Below, one piece after another: positions 39,499 to 49,162 of a stretch of 64,000 bases of DNA. Where the stretch lies: positions 224,001 to 288,000 of the forward strand of contig CAWBWI010000006.1 of assembly GCA_963792585.1 (NCBI GenBank), given 5' to 3'. A program made the translations under genes and the position numbers. The stretch's first letter is position 1; the number at the start of each line of letters is the position of its first letter. This stretch comes from Candidatus Eiseniibacteriota bacterium (GTDB lineage Bacteria > Eisenbacteria > RBG-16-71-46 > CAIMUX01 > VGJL01). The notes below the pieces were generated by a model that was not told the DNA's origin, searched no databases, and saw only the letters and a program-made list of their open reading frames with translations.

Positions 39499-41169
39499 CT
39501 ATTCCACGCGCACCCACCGGGTGACGGCCGAGCCGTCATCGGCATGAACCCGCACGAAGTAGACCCCGGCCGGAGTCATACGGCCTCGGTCGTCCCGGCC
39601 GTCCCAGGCGATCGACCGGGTCCCGGGGAGGAATGCGCCGTCGGCGAGGCGCCGGACCACGCGGCCGGAAGGATCGATGATCGCGACCGTCACGTTCTGT
39701 GCGCGGGAGAGCTCCAGGCGCACCGCTCCGCCCAAACGCGTCGGATTCGGCTCGGCAGGATGGAGCGTTAGCGAGCCGGCGAGTTCTCCCTCCGCGACGC
39801 CGGCGGGGATGGCCTCGGTCGCATACTGATAGCTCGTCGCGCTGCTCGGCGTCGTCTTGCCGACGACGAGGACGACCTGATCGTAGGTCTCCCCGAAATC
39901 GAACAGGTTGTAGGTGCCTATGTCCGTCGCGTCGAGCGCAACTTCCGCGACCGCCACCGTGGTCGTCCCACTACGCACGATCACCCGCGGACGCCAGATG
40001 CCGACATCGGCGCCGTCGAAGCGCAACCGCTGCGGGATCCCATTGATGAACTTGATGTAGTCGGCCCCATAGCGGACCACGGCACCGTTCGTCGGCGGAA
40101 CCGGGTATGTGTTCTTCGTGACCGAGGTGAAGGCCGGCAGCGTCTCACCGAAGTAGCCGTATCGGCCCCCTTCGAAGGTCGTGTCATCGATGAAGTTGGC
40201 GACGGTCCAGTCGGAGTAGACATCGACGAAGGTCTGGGGGGCGCCGAGCCACGCCAGCGTGTTGTTGATGGCGGGGATGCCGTTCGCGGCATCCTGCACC
40301 AGATGATAGATCCCCGCCTCGCCTGCATAGTGCTCGTAGAAGTAGAGACTCCACAGATAGACCTTCACGTAATCGTTGAATATTCCGGTGAAGCTTGTCA
40401 GGTCGTTGTCCGGATTGCCGGGGAAACCCACGATCTGGTCCGGGTGGCCGAAGTAGTACATCGCCAGCTCGGCGATCCCCTCGTCGGCCCATCCGTCCTC
40501 GTCGCCGTCGGCGTTCCAGTTGATCATGTGCTCGAATTCGTGCGCCATGACCGAGATCATGTACGTTCCGCCCGGATCGCTCCCGCTCGAGTTCATGTAC
40601 AGGACCTCGCACTCGTTCGACTCGTACGGCTGGGTGCCGTCGGGATACTCGTCGAAGGCCCAGAAGAACCCGTCGGCCGAGATGTCGAAGTCGTACAAGA
40701 GGACGTAGATTTTCGGGTCGTTGTCCAGCATGTCGGGCGCCGGTCCGAAGCCCATCGTGTCGAGGTCGTAGATCCCGCGGTCCGGGTGGATCCCCTGGCT
40801 CGTGAGGTCCCAGGCCTGAACGATGGCGTCGACGTCCGCCTGATTGACGAGCGTGTTCCACTGCGAGTCCTCGACAACCACGTAGACATGCGTGCCCTCG
40901 CCCCGAACCGTGCACATCTTCAGTTCCGGCGTGGGAGGACCGGCCAGATGCCACGTGTACCAGAGCCATGAATCACCGACATCGGGGTCGCTCGGCGGGG
41001 TCATCGGGTGACTCCCGCGGTGCGCCGGGACCAACTCACCCGGCGGGACCGGGCGGATCAAGGATCGATACGCACTCAGTTCGGGGGTCATGCAGCGAAC
41101 CGCGGCCCCCACATCTCCGGCGAGTCCGCCCAGGAGAAGGAAGGCGGCGAGAATCCAGATTCTCCTCAA
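39499..41169 (-). CDS. Secreted zinc metallopeptidase (M30-like) with C-terminal FlgD-Ig/T9SS-like domain
   Basis: AHEFEHMI..WADEGIAE zincin motif; PNP..IAWDGRDDRG..AGVYFVRV tail; TTG start with GGAGGT SD. Confidence 0.82.
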   Translation of the reverse strand: MRRIWILAAFLLLGGLAGDVGAAVRCMTPELSAYRSLIRPVPPGELVPAHRGSHPMTPPSDPDVGDSWLWYTWHLAGPPTPELKMCTVRGEGTHVYVVVEDSQWNTLVNQADVDAIVQAWDLTSQGIHPDRGIYDLDTMGFGPAPDMLDNDPKIYVLLYDFDISADGFFWAFDEYPDGTQPYESNECEVLYMNSSGSDPGGTYMISVMAHEFEHMINWNADGDEDGWADEGIAELAMYYFGHPDQIVGFPGNPDNDLTSFTGIFNDYVKVYLWSLYFYEHYAGEAGIYHLVQDAANGIPAINNTLAWLGAPQTFVDVYSDWTVANFIDDTTFEGGRYGYFGETLPAFTSVTKNTYPVPPTNGAVVRYGADYIKFINGIPQRLRFDGADVGIWRPRVIVRSGTTTVAVAEVALDATDIGTYNLFDFGETYDQVVLVVGKTTPSSATSYQYATEAIPAGVAEGELAGSLTLHPAEPNPTRLGGAVRLELSRAQNVTVAIIDPSGRVVRRLADGAFLPGTRSIAWDGRDDRGRMTPAGVYFVRVHADDGSAVTRWVRVE

Positions 41170-41205
41170 CGGTAACCTCCTGTTGCAGCGCTGAGCATTG
41201 GGATC

Positions 41206-42981
41206 GTGCGGCCAACGATCAATTATAGCACATGGGCGGGAAATCCCCCCGGTGCCGTGCTACCTTGGGGACCTGTGACTGGAATCACCCCTATCGGCAA
41301 CCGCCGGCTCGTGTTGCGGACCCACCCACGCCCGGCGGCGACTCGCCGACTGTCCCTTTTCATACTCTCCGCCTGCTGCCTCGTCTCCTCCGCCGGATGG
41401 TGCCCATCCGCGCGTGCGGGGGAGCGGATCGAGTCGATCGTGATCGAGCGCGTTCCGGTTTTTCCCGAAACGACGGACGCGCCCAACGCCTGGTACATGC
41501 GCCTCGCCAACCGGCTGCACGCGCAGACCCGACCCTGGGTGATCCGGCGGGAGTTGCTGTTCCAGCCGGGAGGCCCCGTCGACTCCACGCGCATGGTGGA
41601 ATCCGAGCGTCTCCTGCGGGAACGGGGCATCTTCGAGTCGGTGCGCATCCGTATCGCGCCGGGCGACAGCGGCAAGGTCGCGACCGTCCGCGCGCAGGAT
41701 CTCTGGACCCTCGGGATCATCGCCAACTTCGACAAAACCGCCGATCTCACCTCGGTGACCCTGGGTATTCGGGACACGAACTTGCTCGGCACGGGCAACT
41801 ACATCCACACCTACCACACCTTCTCCTCCGACCAAGGGGTGACGGTCGTGAGTGCGGCGATCCCAAGGATCGGACGCCGGCGCGCGGGCGCAGGCTTCGG
41901 CTTCGCGGATCAGGAGGACGCCCGGGCGCTCTCCCTTTCTCTCGGCCGCGGCATCGAGACCCGCTTCGATCGCACGAGCTGGGGCGCGATCGCGAACTCG
42001 GTAACGGGATCGAGGCGGTTCTTCTTCCGGGGAGACGAGATCGGCAAGTCCCCCTATCGACACGAACATTACGGGCTCTATGCGGCGCGTTTCCGCGGCG
42101 CGGGCCTGCAACGGGGCGTGGGGATCGGTTGGATCGAGCAGCGCGAGGCGCCCCGCGACGCGCCCTTCTCCTCGGCGCTCGGATTCGATCCGCCCCCACC
42201 GATCGAGAAGCTCCACGTCGGCGGACCGACCGTCTTCGTCGACCTTCTGGATCGGAGCTACGCGACCTCGACCAACCTCGAGCGATACGGCTCGACGGAG
42301 GATGTGCCGACAGGTTGGTCGGCGCACCTCGCGGTCGTGCCGAACGTTCACCACAATGACGACCCGTCCCGAACGATCGCGATCCGTTCGGTCGCTCAGT
42401 TCGCGACCTTCCTGCACCGGAAGCTGGAGGCCGGCGGCGAACTCTCCGGGCTGACGTTCATGCGGGCGGGCGGGCGTCGGGGCGAACAGATCGGCCGCGC
42501 CACGGCGACCGTCCGCTGGACCCCGTCACCGGCGGCGCTCGCGATCGCGCAGGCCGCGGTTCGCGGGGGGCGCGATCGGCCCGAGAGCGAGATCTTCTAT
42601 CTGGGTTCCGAGACGGGCCTGCGCGGCTTTCCATCCCGCGAGATCGCGGCCCGCAACTTCGTGATGGCAACATTCGAGCAACGGTTCTGGTCGGGCGCCG
42701 AGTACTTCTGGACGGGAATCGGCGCCAATCTCTTTGCGGATACCGTCCGGCCCACGATCGACGGGCGATTCAACGACGAACCGTGGCGAACCGGTTGGGG
42801 CTTCGGCCTGCTGCTCGGCGCGCGCAAATCGTCCCAGCAACCGGTGCGGATCGAGATCGCGTGGCGGACCGATCGTCATGCGTCCCCCACCTTCTCGATC
42901 ACGTCGGGGACCTGGCTGCGGATCATCCCGCCGCTCGGTCTGCTCTTCCCCGTCGGCGATCTGCGCGACGGCCTCCGCTAG
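41206..42981 (+). CDS. BamA/TamA-like outer membrane protein with POTRA domain
   Basis: TRPWVIRRELLF..ESERLLR POTRA; NLLGTG; GLRGFP motif. Start uncertain (possibly GTG 41311). Confidence 0.72.
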   Translation: MRPTINYSTWAGNPPGAVLPWGPVTGITPIGNRRLVLRTHPRPAATRRLSLFILSACCLVSSAGWCPSARAGERIESIVIERVPVFPETTDAPNAWYMRLANRLHAQTRPWVIRRELLFQPGGPVDSTRMVESERLLRERGIFESVRIRIAPGDSGKVATVRAQDLWTLGIIANFDKTADLTSVTLGIRDTNLLGTGNYIHTYHTFSSDQGVTVVSAAIPRIGRRRAGAGFGFADQEDARALSLSLGRGIETRFDRTSWGAIANSVTGSRRFFFRGDEIGKSPYRHEHYGLYAARFRGAGLQRGVGIGWIEQREAPRDAPFSSALGFDPPPPIEKLHVGGPTVFVDLLDRSYATSTNLERYGSTEDVPTGWSAHLAVVPNVHHNDDPSRTIAIRSVAQFATFLHRKLEAGGELSGLTFMRAGGRRGEQIGRATATVRWTPSPAALAIAQAAVRGGRDRPESEIFYLGSETGLRGFPSREIAARNFVMATFEQRFWSGAEYFWTGIGANLFADTVRPTIDGRFNDEPWRTGWGFGLLLGARKSSQQPVRIEIAWRTDRHASPTFSITSGTWLRIIPPLGLLFPVGDLRDGLR

Positions 42982-42984
42982 CGG

Positions 42985-45483
42985 TCAACGCAGAACAGCA
43001 TCCCTCCCATCGATGGGCACGCGCCCGTCGGCGTCGAAGAACCCCGCGGCCCGCACCGCCCCCCATCCCAACCGGCGCGCATCGGCGTCGTAGACAATGA
43101 AGTCGGGGAAGCCGGAGCCCGAGTAGCAGGGATTCGATGCGGCCGCCAGCTCGAGCGCGGCCCGGTCGGTTCCGGCGACGACCTCGATGAGGCGCCCCGG
43201 GGCGCGCGGATTCGGGTAGGCGAATCGGGCCGCCATCGAACCTGCGTAGATGCGGCCCGCCAGCGCGACCCCGTCCCGCGCGATGCGGATCGGAAGATCG
43301 CCCGCGATCTTGCGAAGGACCGCGTGCCCGCCGGGGGTCGCATAGAGGATCAGGTTGCGCTCCGCCAGGATCTCCGGCGTCACCGCCGTGTCGGGCAGAA
43401 CGGGCGCGTAGCCGTCCGCGCGGAGATACCACGCCTGCGCGTCGAGCACCGCGAGGCGCCGCGCCGCATCGTTCTCTTCCGGGGAACCGCCCGTCTCGTA
43501 CACATAGGTGAAGGGAGCAAAGTAGGGATCCTTGATCGATGCCCTTCGCGCGGCGGGCGGAGGAGCGTTCGCCGGCTTCCAGCTCTTCGCTTCCTTGCGC
43601 AGGCGCAGGGAACCCTCGCGCCAGACGACCGACAGGCGGTCACCGTCGATTTCGATCGAGACCTGCCCGGGGGCAACGAGTCCGGCTGGTTCGAGCACGA
43701 TCGCGCGCGCCCCCTCGGTGGTGATCCGGATGTCGCCCGCGCTCATGAGGAGCGCATCGACCGCGACGCGATCGAAGGGATGCTCCGCTTCCTCGACGGT
43801 GAGCCAGTGGGAACGACGGCACGTTCCCAGATCGAAACTGCGAAGCGCCACCGCACGCGGCAGAGGATCGCGCCGCCATCCGCGCAAGGAGTCCATCATC
43901 GCCGGCAGATCGACGCAGTCGACCCCGGGCGTGCCCGGGTCATCCCACCAGTGACCCATTTCGGGAACCTCGCGGTATGTGACGCTCGCCCCCTCCTCGC
44001 GCGCGCGCGCCGCGAGCCAGCGACCTTGAAAGACCGGAACGTTGTCGTCCTTCGCCCCATGCAGGACGAAGACAGGCGTCGCGCGCAGATTCGCCATCAG
44101 CGGGATCGGGTTGTCCGGCGCGAGCGCGCGCTGCACGAGGGCGAGCAGCCGGGGGTCGGCCCCGTTGATGTCCCGCCGCAACGTGAACGGCACATAGCTC
44201 GAGAAGGTCGCCCACCCGGCGCTCGGCGCCAGCCCCGCAAAACGGTCCGCATGCGCGGTCCCGACGTGCCATGTCCCGTGCCCCCCCATCGAGTGGCCCG
44301 CGAGGAGAACCCGGTCGGGGTCGATCGGGTGGCGCGCAAGGATCTCATCGAGGGTGGCGATCGCATTGCGCCGCCCCCAGTCCTGCCAGTCGAATCCGTA
44401 AGGACGCGTGTTGGTCGGCGCGACGACGAAGGCCCAATCCTTCGGAGCGTAGGAGGCGACCTGCGGCTCCGGATCGCAACTCGCCCCGTGCAGGGACAGC
44501 ACGACCGCGAAGGGTCCCGGGCCGTCCACGGACGGCGGAAGGAGCCCGTACTTCTGGACCGAACCGTCCTCGCGCGAACGGAAGGTCTCGATCCGCGTCG
44601 CGCGGGGCTCACGGACCCGCAAGGAACAAGCGAAGGCGACCTCGCCGTGTGGGACGTCGAGGACGATCTGTTCGGGACATCGTTCGCCCGCGACCGGGGG
44701 ACGCAGCGTCCGTACGGGGAAAGGGAGTTTCAGGATCGCCTCGGGCTCGAGCGGAGGGATGGGGACCGAAGTAGCGGCAATCCGATCCCCGTCGCCGAAT
44801 CGCAGGACCCCACCCACGAGTTGCGATCCCGATAGATTGGCGATCGGGACGGCCGCCCAACCATCGAGCGGCTCCCCCGCGACCAGATCGGGCATCGTGA
44901 TGTCCCTGCCGAACACGACGAGCGGCGCATCCTCCGCGACCATCCGGAAGCGGACCTCCCGCGGTCCCATCCCGCCGACGCGCAGCGCCACCCGATGGCG
45001 CCCCGCCTCCAGCACGGCGGGCGTGACGAACGGGGAAGCCGCCGCGTAGGGGTTGCCGACGTACCTGCGCGCGTCGATCGTGAAGCTGCCGACGCCGAGC
45101 GCGTCGATCAGGTAACCTCCCGTGCGCGGCACGTCGATCTCCCCGAGCAGGAGCCCCGCGCTGACGACCCCGGCTGCCCCCCAAGATTCGCTCAGGGCGT
45201 CCCAGTCCGTTCCTTCGTATGCGAGCGGGATTCGATCGCGATCGGGCGCAATCCGGATCCAGCGGGCCCATCCGCCGGGAGCGAGCATGCTCGGCATCGA
45301 ATCACCGAGGCTCGGGTTCGCGTTCGCGGGATCGAGCGGCCAGAGGGGATCCGCAAGCGGCTCGCGCGACCCGGCCGGAAATGGACCGATCCCCATCCAG
45401 GTCTCGACCCGAAGAGTGTCGCGCGGTGATGTCACGGCGAGTGACGCAAGAAACAACGCTCCCACGAGCCCGACTCCGGCCAT
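42985..45483 (-). CDS. Secreted multidomain alpha/beta-hydrolase (S9 peptidase/esterase-like)
   Basis: SLHGA, GHSMGG nucleophile, HGAKDDNVP, MGHWW triad positions. Confidence 0.82.
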   Translation of the reverse strand: MAGVGLVGALFLASLAVTSPRDTLRVETWMGIGPFPAGSREPLADPLWPLDPANANPSLGDSMPSMLAPGGWARWIRIAPDRDRIPLAYEGTDWDALSESWGAAGVVSAGLLLGEIDVPRTGGYLIDALGVGSFTIDARRYVGNPYAAASPFVTPAVLEAGRHRVALRVGGMGPREVRFRMVAEDAPLVVFGRDITMPDLVAGEPLDGWAAVPIANLSGSQLVGGVLRFGDGDRIAATSVPIPPLEPEAILKLPFPVRTLRPPVAGERCPEQIVLDVPHGEVAFACSLRVREPRATRIETFRSREDGSVQKYGLLPPSVDGPGPFAVVLSLHGASCDPEPQVASYAPKDWAFVVAPTNTRPYGFDWQDWGRRNAIATLDEILARHPIDPDRVLLAGHSMGGHGTWHVGTAHADRFAGLAPSAGWATFSSYVPFTLRRDINGADPRLLALVQRALAPDNPIPLMANLRATPVFVLHGAKDDNVPVFQGRWLAARAREEGASVTYREVPEMGHWWDDPGTPGVDCVDLPAMMDSLRGWRRDPLPRAVALRSFDLGTCRRSHWLTVEEAEHPFDRVAVDALLMSAGDIRITTEGARAIVLEPAGLVAPGQVSIEIDGDRLSVVWREGSLRLRKEAKSWKPANAPPPAARRASIKDPYFAPFTYVYETGGSPEENDAARRLAVLDAQAWYLRADGYAPVLPDTAVTPEILAERNLILYATPGGHAVLRKIAGDLPIRIARDGVALAGRIYAGSMAARFAYPNPRAPGRLIEVVAGTDRAALELAAASNPCYSGSGFPDFIVYDADARRLGWGAVRAAGFFDADGRVPIDGRDAVLR

Positions 45484-45546
45484 GAACCCCTCCCCCTCTG
45501 TTGGAGACCCACCCCTCGCCGCAGAAGACCCGCTCGCTGGATACGG

Positions 45547-46326
45547 CTAGGAGTTCGGCGGGCTCCGCCGCACCAGCGTCGCGGAGGCCTGCGCCTCGGG
45601 AAGCAGCAGCACCTCGGCCACGTTGACGTGCGCCGGGCGGGTCGCAACGAAGAGGACTGCGTCGGCGACGTCGGCGCCCGTGAGCGGCATCATCCCGTTG
45701 TAGACCTTCTTCGCCCGCTCCTCGTCACCGTGGAAGCGGACGAGGCTGAACTCGGTTTCCACGAGACCGGGATCGACCGTGCTGACGCGAATCGGCGTAT
45801 CGACCGTGTCCATCCGGAGCCCTGCGGTCAACAACCGCACCGCCGCCTTGGAGGCGCAGTAGACGTTCCCCCCCGGATACGCCTCCCGGCCGGCGATCGA
45901 GCCGATGTTGATGATCTGCCCGCGCCCGCGCCGCACCATTCCCGGCAGGACCGCACGCGTGACGTAGAGCAAGCCCTTCACATTCGTGTCGATCATCTCC
46001 TCCCAGTCGTCCAGGAGGCCCTCGTGCAGCTTGTCGAGTCCGCGGCTGAGTCCGGCATTGTTCAGGAGGATGTCGATCTCCTCCCACTCGGGAGGCAGCG
46101 AGCTCACGGCGAGGTCGACGGAGGGTTGATCGCGCACATCGAGCGTCAGGAGATGGATGGGAACCCCCGTCTCACTGGCGATCTGCGCGGCGACGGTCTC
46201 GAGCCGGTCCAATCTGCGCGCGGCCAGCAGCAGCGACGCGCCCTGTGAGGCAAAAGCGCGCGCGCACGCCTCCCCGATCCCGCTGCTCGCGCCGGTGACG
46301 AAGACGATCTTACCGTCGAGTCTCAT
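45547..46326 (-). CDS. SDR family oxidoreductase (YdfG-like)
   Basis: TGASSGIG, NNAG, YCASK, DPGLVETEFS motifs. Confidence 0.93.
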   Translation of the reverse strand: MRLDGKIVFVTGASSGIGEACARAFASQGASLLLAARRLDRLETVAAQIASETGVPIHLLTLDVRDQPSVDLAVSSLPPEWEEIDILLNNAGLSRGLDKLHEGLLDDWEEMIDTNVKGLLYVTRAVLPGMVRRGRGQIINIGSIAGREAYPGGNVYCASKAAVRLLTAGLRMDTVDTPIRVSTVDPGLVETEFSLVRFHGDEERAKKVYNGMMPLTGADVADAVLFVATRPAHVNVAEVLLLPEAQASATLVRRSPPNS

Positions 46327-46360
46327 CGAATATCCCTTCTGGTTCGGATCCGGCACCAGA

Positions 46361-46900
46361 CTAGCGGGCCGGCGTCACGGCGTCCAGGATGGCGGCTCGG
46401 ATCCAGGGCCAGTGCGCGTGGTCGCCGGCGAAGCGCGCCTCGCGGCGAGCCCGGATCTCCCCACGGGCGTCCACGGTGAAGGTCCCGCCGAGCTGGCGCG
46501 GATCGCTGTCGACGTGGGTTTGCCGGAAGCCGCGCCGCAGCGCGCGGAAGGCAGCAACGAAGACGGGCGGTCCGATCAACCCGTACGGGCCCGCCCGCCG
46601 GGTCCTAAGCGCGCGGTAGAGTTCGCGCTCGCCGTCCACGAGGAGCAGGTACGGCAGATCCATCGATTGGGTGAGCGCCCGCGCCGTCTCCACGCTTCCC
46701 ATGCCGACGGCGATCGCCTGGGCGCCGAGGGATCTGATCTCGTCATGATGGTCGCGCAACTGCGCGAGGGCCTCCCGGCAGAAGATTCAGCCGAAATGGC
46801 GCAGCAGGACGAGCACCGTGGCCGGATGCGACGCGATGAGCGAGTGCAGGCGCGGCACCGAGCCGTCGCCCGCAGGCAGGGAAAGATCCGGGACTCGCAT
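46361..46900 (-). CDS. Selenocysteine-containing peroxiredoxin-like protein (AhpC/TSA_2, SelU/SelL-like; UxxC)
   Basis: ATG 46900 with GGAGGAGG SD reads MRVPDLSLPAGDG..VLVLLRHFG-TGA-IFCREALAQLRDHHDEI, continuing in frame into the 132-aa ORF (QLGGTF motif); TGA at 46787-46789. Confidence 0.88.
46752..46767 (-). other. Candidate bacterial SECIS hairpin
   Basis: UCGCGC-AGUU-GCGCGA begins 19 nt after the UGA; G in the apical loop. Confidence 0.6.
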
Positions 46901-46917
46901 GGGCCTCCTCCATGGAG

Positions 46918-47376
46918 CTAGATCCTGCGCCGCGAGAGGCGCACGGAGGCCAGCGCCAGGCACGCCGTGCCGAGCAGACCCATCGCGGCGAGCTGCATGA
47001 CCGGGATGGGGAACCCACCGATCGATACAAGCGCCTGCGGCAGTCCTCCCACCGCATCAAGAATGGGTGGGAGCGCGAAGATCGTGCCGATCCCAAGGGC
47101 CGACGCGGCGACGGGTGCCGCGATCGCGGTTCCGCGGATCCCCCACCTTTTGTCCGCGCGCCGACGCTCTCGGCCATCCGTCCAGGCGAGGTAGGCGACG
47201 CGGGCCGCGAAACCGGGCGGGGCCTGCCCGCGTTCGGACATCGCGCTACGCATAGCGACGGCTGCGCGCAGCGCGGCGCCGCAGCTTCGGCAGGTCGACG
47301 CATGCGGATCGCGGAGCGCATCCTCCCCGGCATGATCGAGTTGGGCGAGAAAGCGGGCGCAGGCCGGATCGGTCAT
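46918..47376 (-). CDS. Putative ZAS-type membrane anti-sigma factor
   Basis: N-terminal C..HASTCRSC (HxxxCxxC), two C-terminal TMs; ATGA overlap with the sigma gene. Confidence 0.75.
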   Translation of the reverse strand: MTDPACARFLAQLDHAGEDALRDPHASTCRSCGAALRAAVAMRSAMSERGQAPPGFAARVAYLAWTDGRERRRADKRWGIRGTAIAAPVAASALGIGTIFALPPILDAVGGLPQALVSIGGFPIPVMQLAAMGLLGTACLALASVRLSRRRI

Positions 47377-47954
47377 CGTTCCTCCTCCTGCATGACGGTA
47401 CGCACCTTCCTTCGCGCCCGAAAGAGCCGGATCCGGACCGCCCCCGCGCTCCCCCCGATCGCGCGAGCGACCTCAGCAGCGCTCATCCCTTCCTGATCGT
47501 GGAGGATCAGGGCGAGTCGGTCGGCCTCCCCGAGCCGGCCAAGCGCATCGGCGAGACGCACCGCGGTTCTCCGCTGTTCTCTCGCAATCTCGGGCGACGG
47601 GGCGGGATCGAGAATTCGCGCATCCTCCGGATTCCCGGTCTCCTCCGCCAACCCCACCCGCTCGGGCGCGCGCCGCAAGCGCCGGTGGCGATCGATCAGG
47701 AGATTGCGCATGATGCGGAAGAGCCAGGTCCCGAACAGGGCGTCGCCCCGAAATCGGCCGATCTGGGCGAACGCCCTCAGGAACGCCTCCTGCGCGAGAT
47801 CTTCGACGTCCTCCGCGGGCACGCAACGCCGCAGGACGGCAAAGACCCGATCCTGATGGAGCCGGACCAGCTCTTCCATCGCCTCCCGCCGCCCGTCGCG
47901 GGCCCCCGCGAGGAGCGCCCTCTCGATCCCGGCATCGGACTCGGTTCTCTCCAA
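47373..47954 (-). CDS. ECF RNA polymerase sigma factor
   Basis: EDLAQEAFLRAF..FGTWLFRI region 2; VRIRLFRAR region 4; start placed at TTG 47954 (GAGGGG SD, downstream of the promoter motif). Confidence 0.9.
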   Translation of the reverse strand: MERTESDAGIERALLAGARDGRREAMEELVRLHQDRVFAVLRRCVPAEDVEDLAQEAFLRAFAQIGRFRGDALFGTWLFRIMRNLLIDRHRRLRRAPERVGLAEETGNPEDARILDPAPSPEIAREQRRTAVRLADALGRLGEADRLALILHDQEGMSAAEVARAIGGSAGAVRIRLFRARRKVRTVMQEEER

Positions 47955-47976
47955 GTTCCCCCTCGTCTTCGCCTTG

Positions 47977-48029
47977 GACGCCGCCGGAGGCGCCGCGTTA
48001 CACCGTAACACTCCCGGGCCGGGGGCGTC
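47977..48029. promoter_or_regulatory. Two back-to-back divergent ECF promoters, GTAAC-N16-CGTC
   Basis: Minus: TGTAAC(48002-47997)-N16-CGTC(47980-47977). Plus: CGTAAC(48004-48009)-N16-CGTC(48026-48029). Confidence 0.8.
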
Positions 48030-48075
48030 CGAAAGGGTGGACCGGCGATTGGGCCGGCCGGAGAGGAGTCCGGAC

Positions 48076-48546
48076 ATGCTAGGATTCGATCTGTTCGATG
48101 CCATGGGTGCGAGCATTGGAGGCGCGATCCAAATGATGATCGGCTACGCCTGGGTGCTGATTCCGCTCGCGGGAATCGTCTGGTTCATCGTCAACGGCCT
48201 GGCCGAAGAGAAGACCGCGAGGCTCAACCGCGAGCTTCTCCATCGAGAGCGACTCGTGGCGATGGAGAAGGGGATGACCGAGGTCCTCGAGCGATCGGTG
48301 GCCACGGAATCGATCGCATCGGGCCGCGATTCGAACGGCCTCCTGACCGGAGGGATCATCACCCTCGGAGTCGGGATCGGCCTGAGCTTGTTCCTCCAGA
48401 TCGCCGTGGACGGCAACGATCGCAGGCAGGCCGTAGCCGTGGGCCTGATTCCAATCTTCGTAGGTCTGTCCCTGATCGCCGCCTGGCTCGTGACCCGCCG
48501 CCTGGGTCGCAACGGCACCTTCAAGGAGCCGAGAGGGAGTGCATAA
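48076..48546 (+). CDS. DUF6249-like small membrane protein
   Basis: HRERLVAMEKG, GIITLGVGIGL, GLIPIFVG pattern; GAGGAG SD. Confidence 0.72.
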   Translation: MLGFDLFDAMGASIGGAIQMMIGYAWVLIPLAGIVWFIVNGLAEEKTARLNRELLHRERLVAMEKGMTEVLERSVATESIASGRDSNGLLTGGIITLGVGIGLSLFLQIAVDGNDRRQAVAVGLIPIFVGLSLIAAWLVTRRLGRNGTFKEPRGSA

Positions 48547-49135
48547 CGTGAGACCGATCACCGCTCGGGAAACCGGAACCATCATCGCAGCCATCGTCAT
48601 CATCGCCCTCGCAGGGATCGCGGGCGCGCAGTCCTCGGGCGGACCCGGGGGCGCCGCCGGCATCCGGCCTCCCGCGAGCTGGACGACTCCGGACGGCACG
48701 CTGCAACTGACCCCGGCCGCGGGATGGGAGGCGAATCCCCGTCTCGCCACGGACAACGGGGTGATCGCAATGATCCACCTGAGCGGAATGCAGAAAGACC
48801 AGACGCTCCCGGCGTGGCTGCTCATCGACCGGAGAACGCGCGACCCAAAGACGCCGTTTGCCTCGGTGATCCGCGCGTGTCTCAACGAGGGAAAGACCTT
48901 CACCTATGTCCCGGCGGACAGCGCCATCCTCACGACGGCCGACGGCCACGCGCTCGCCACATACAGGTTCAATCTCGGCCCGGACGGTTCGGAACGCGGA
49001 CTGGGGCTCCTCGAGGCTCCGACCGGCACGATCCTCTTCCGTTACGAGACGGTATCGACGCAGGTCTGGAAGGACCAGCAGGCCGCGATGGAGACGATGC
49101 TGCGCAGCGTCCGTTTCCTGAACAACGCGAAGTAG
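48539..49135 (+). CDS. Hypothetical exported protein
   Basis: Hydrophobic signal (IIAAIVIIALAGIAGA-Q); overlaps the upstream stop; GGGAG SD. Confidence 0.65.
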   Translation: MHNVRPITARETGTIIAAIVIIALAGIAGAQSSGGPGGAAGIRPPASWTTPDGTLQLTPAAGWEANPRLATDNGVIAMIHLSGMQKDQTLPAWLLIDRRTRDPKTPFASVIRACLNEGKTFTYVPADSAILTTADGHALATYRFNLGPDGSERGLGLLEAPTGTILFRYETVSTQVWKDQQAAMETMLRSVRFLNNAK

Positions 49136-49162
49136 TCGTCGGAGGATGCGGCCGCTCGACGC

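Noticed and set aside
46361..46759. 132-aa ORF as a complete gene, or as a nonsense pseudogene
   Set aside because: It lacks the active site; the upstream in-frame TGA falls exactly at the catalytic Cys position and is followed by a SECIS-like hairpin.
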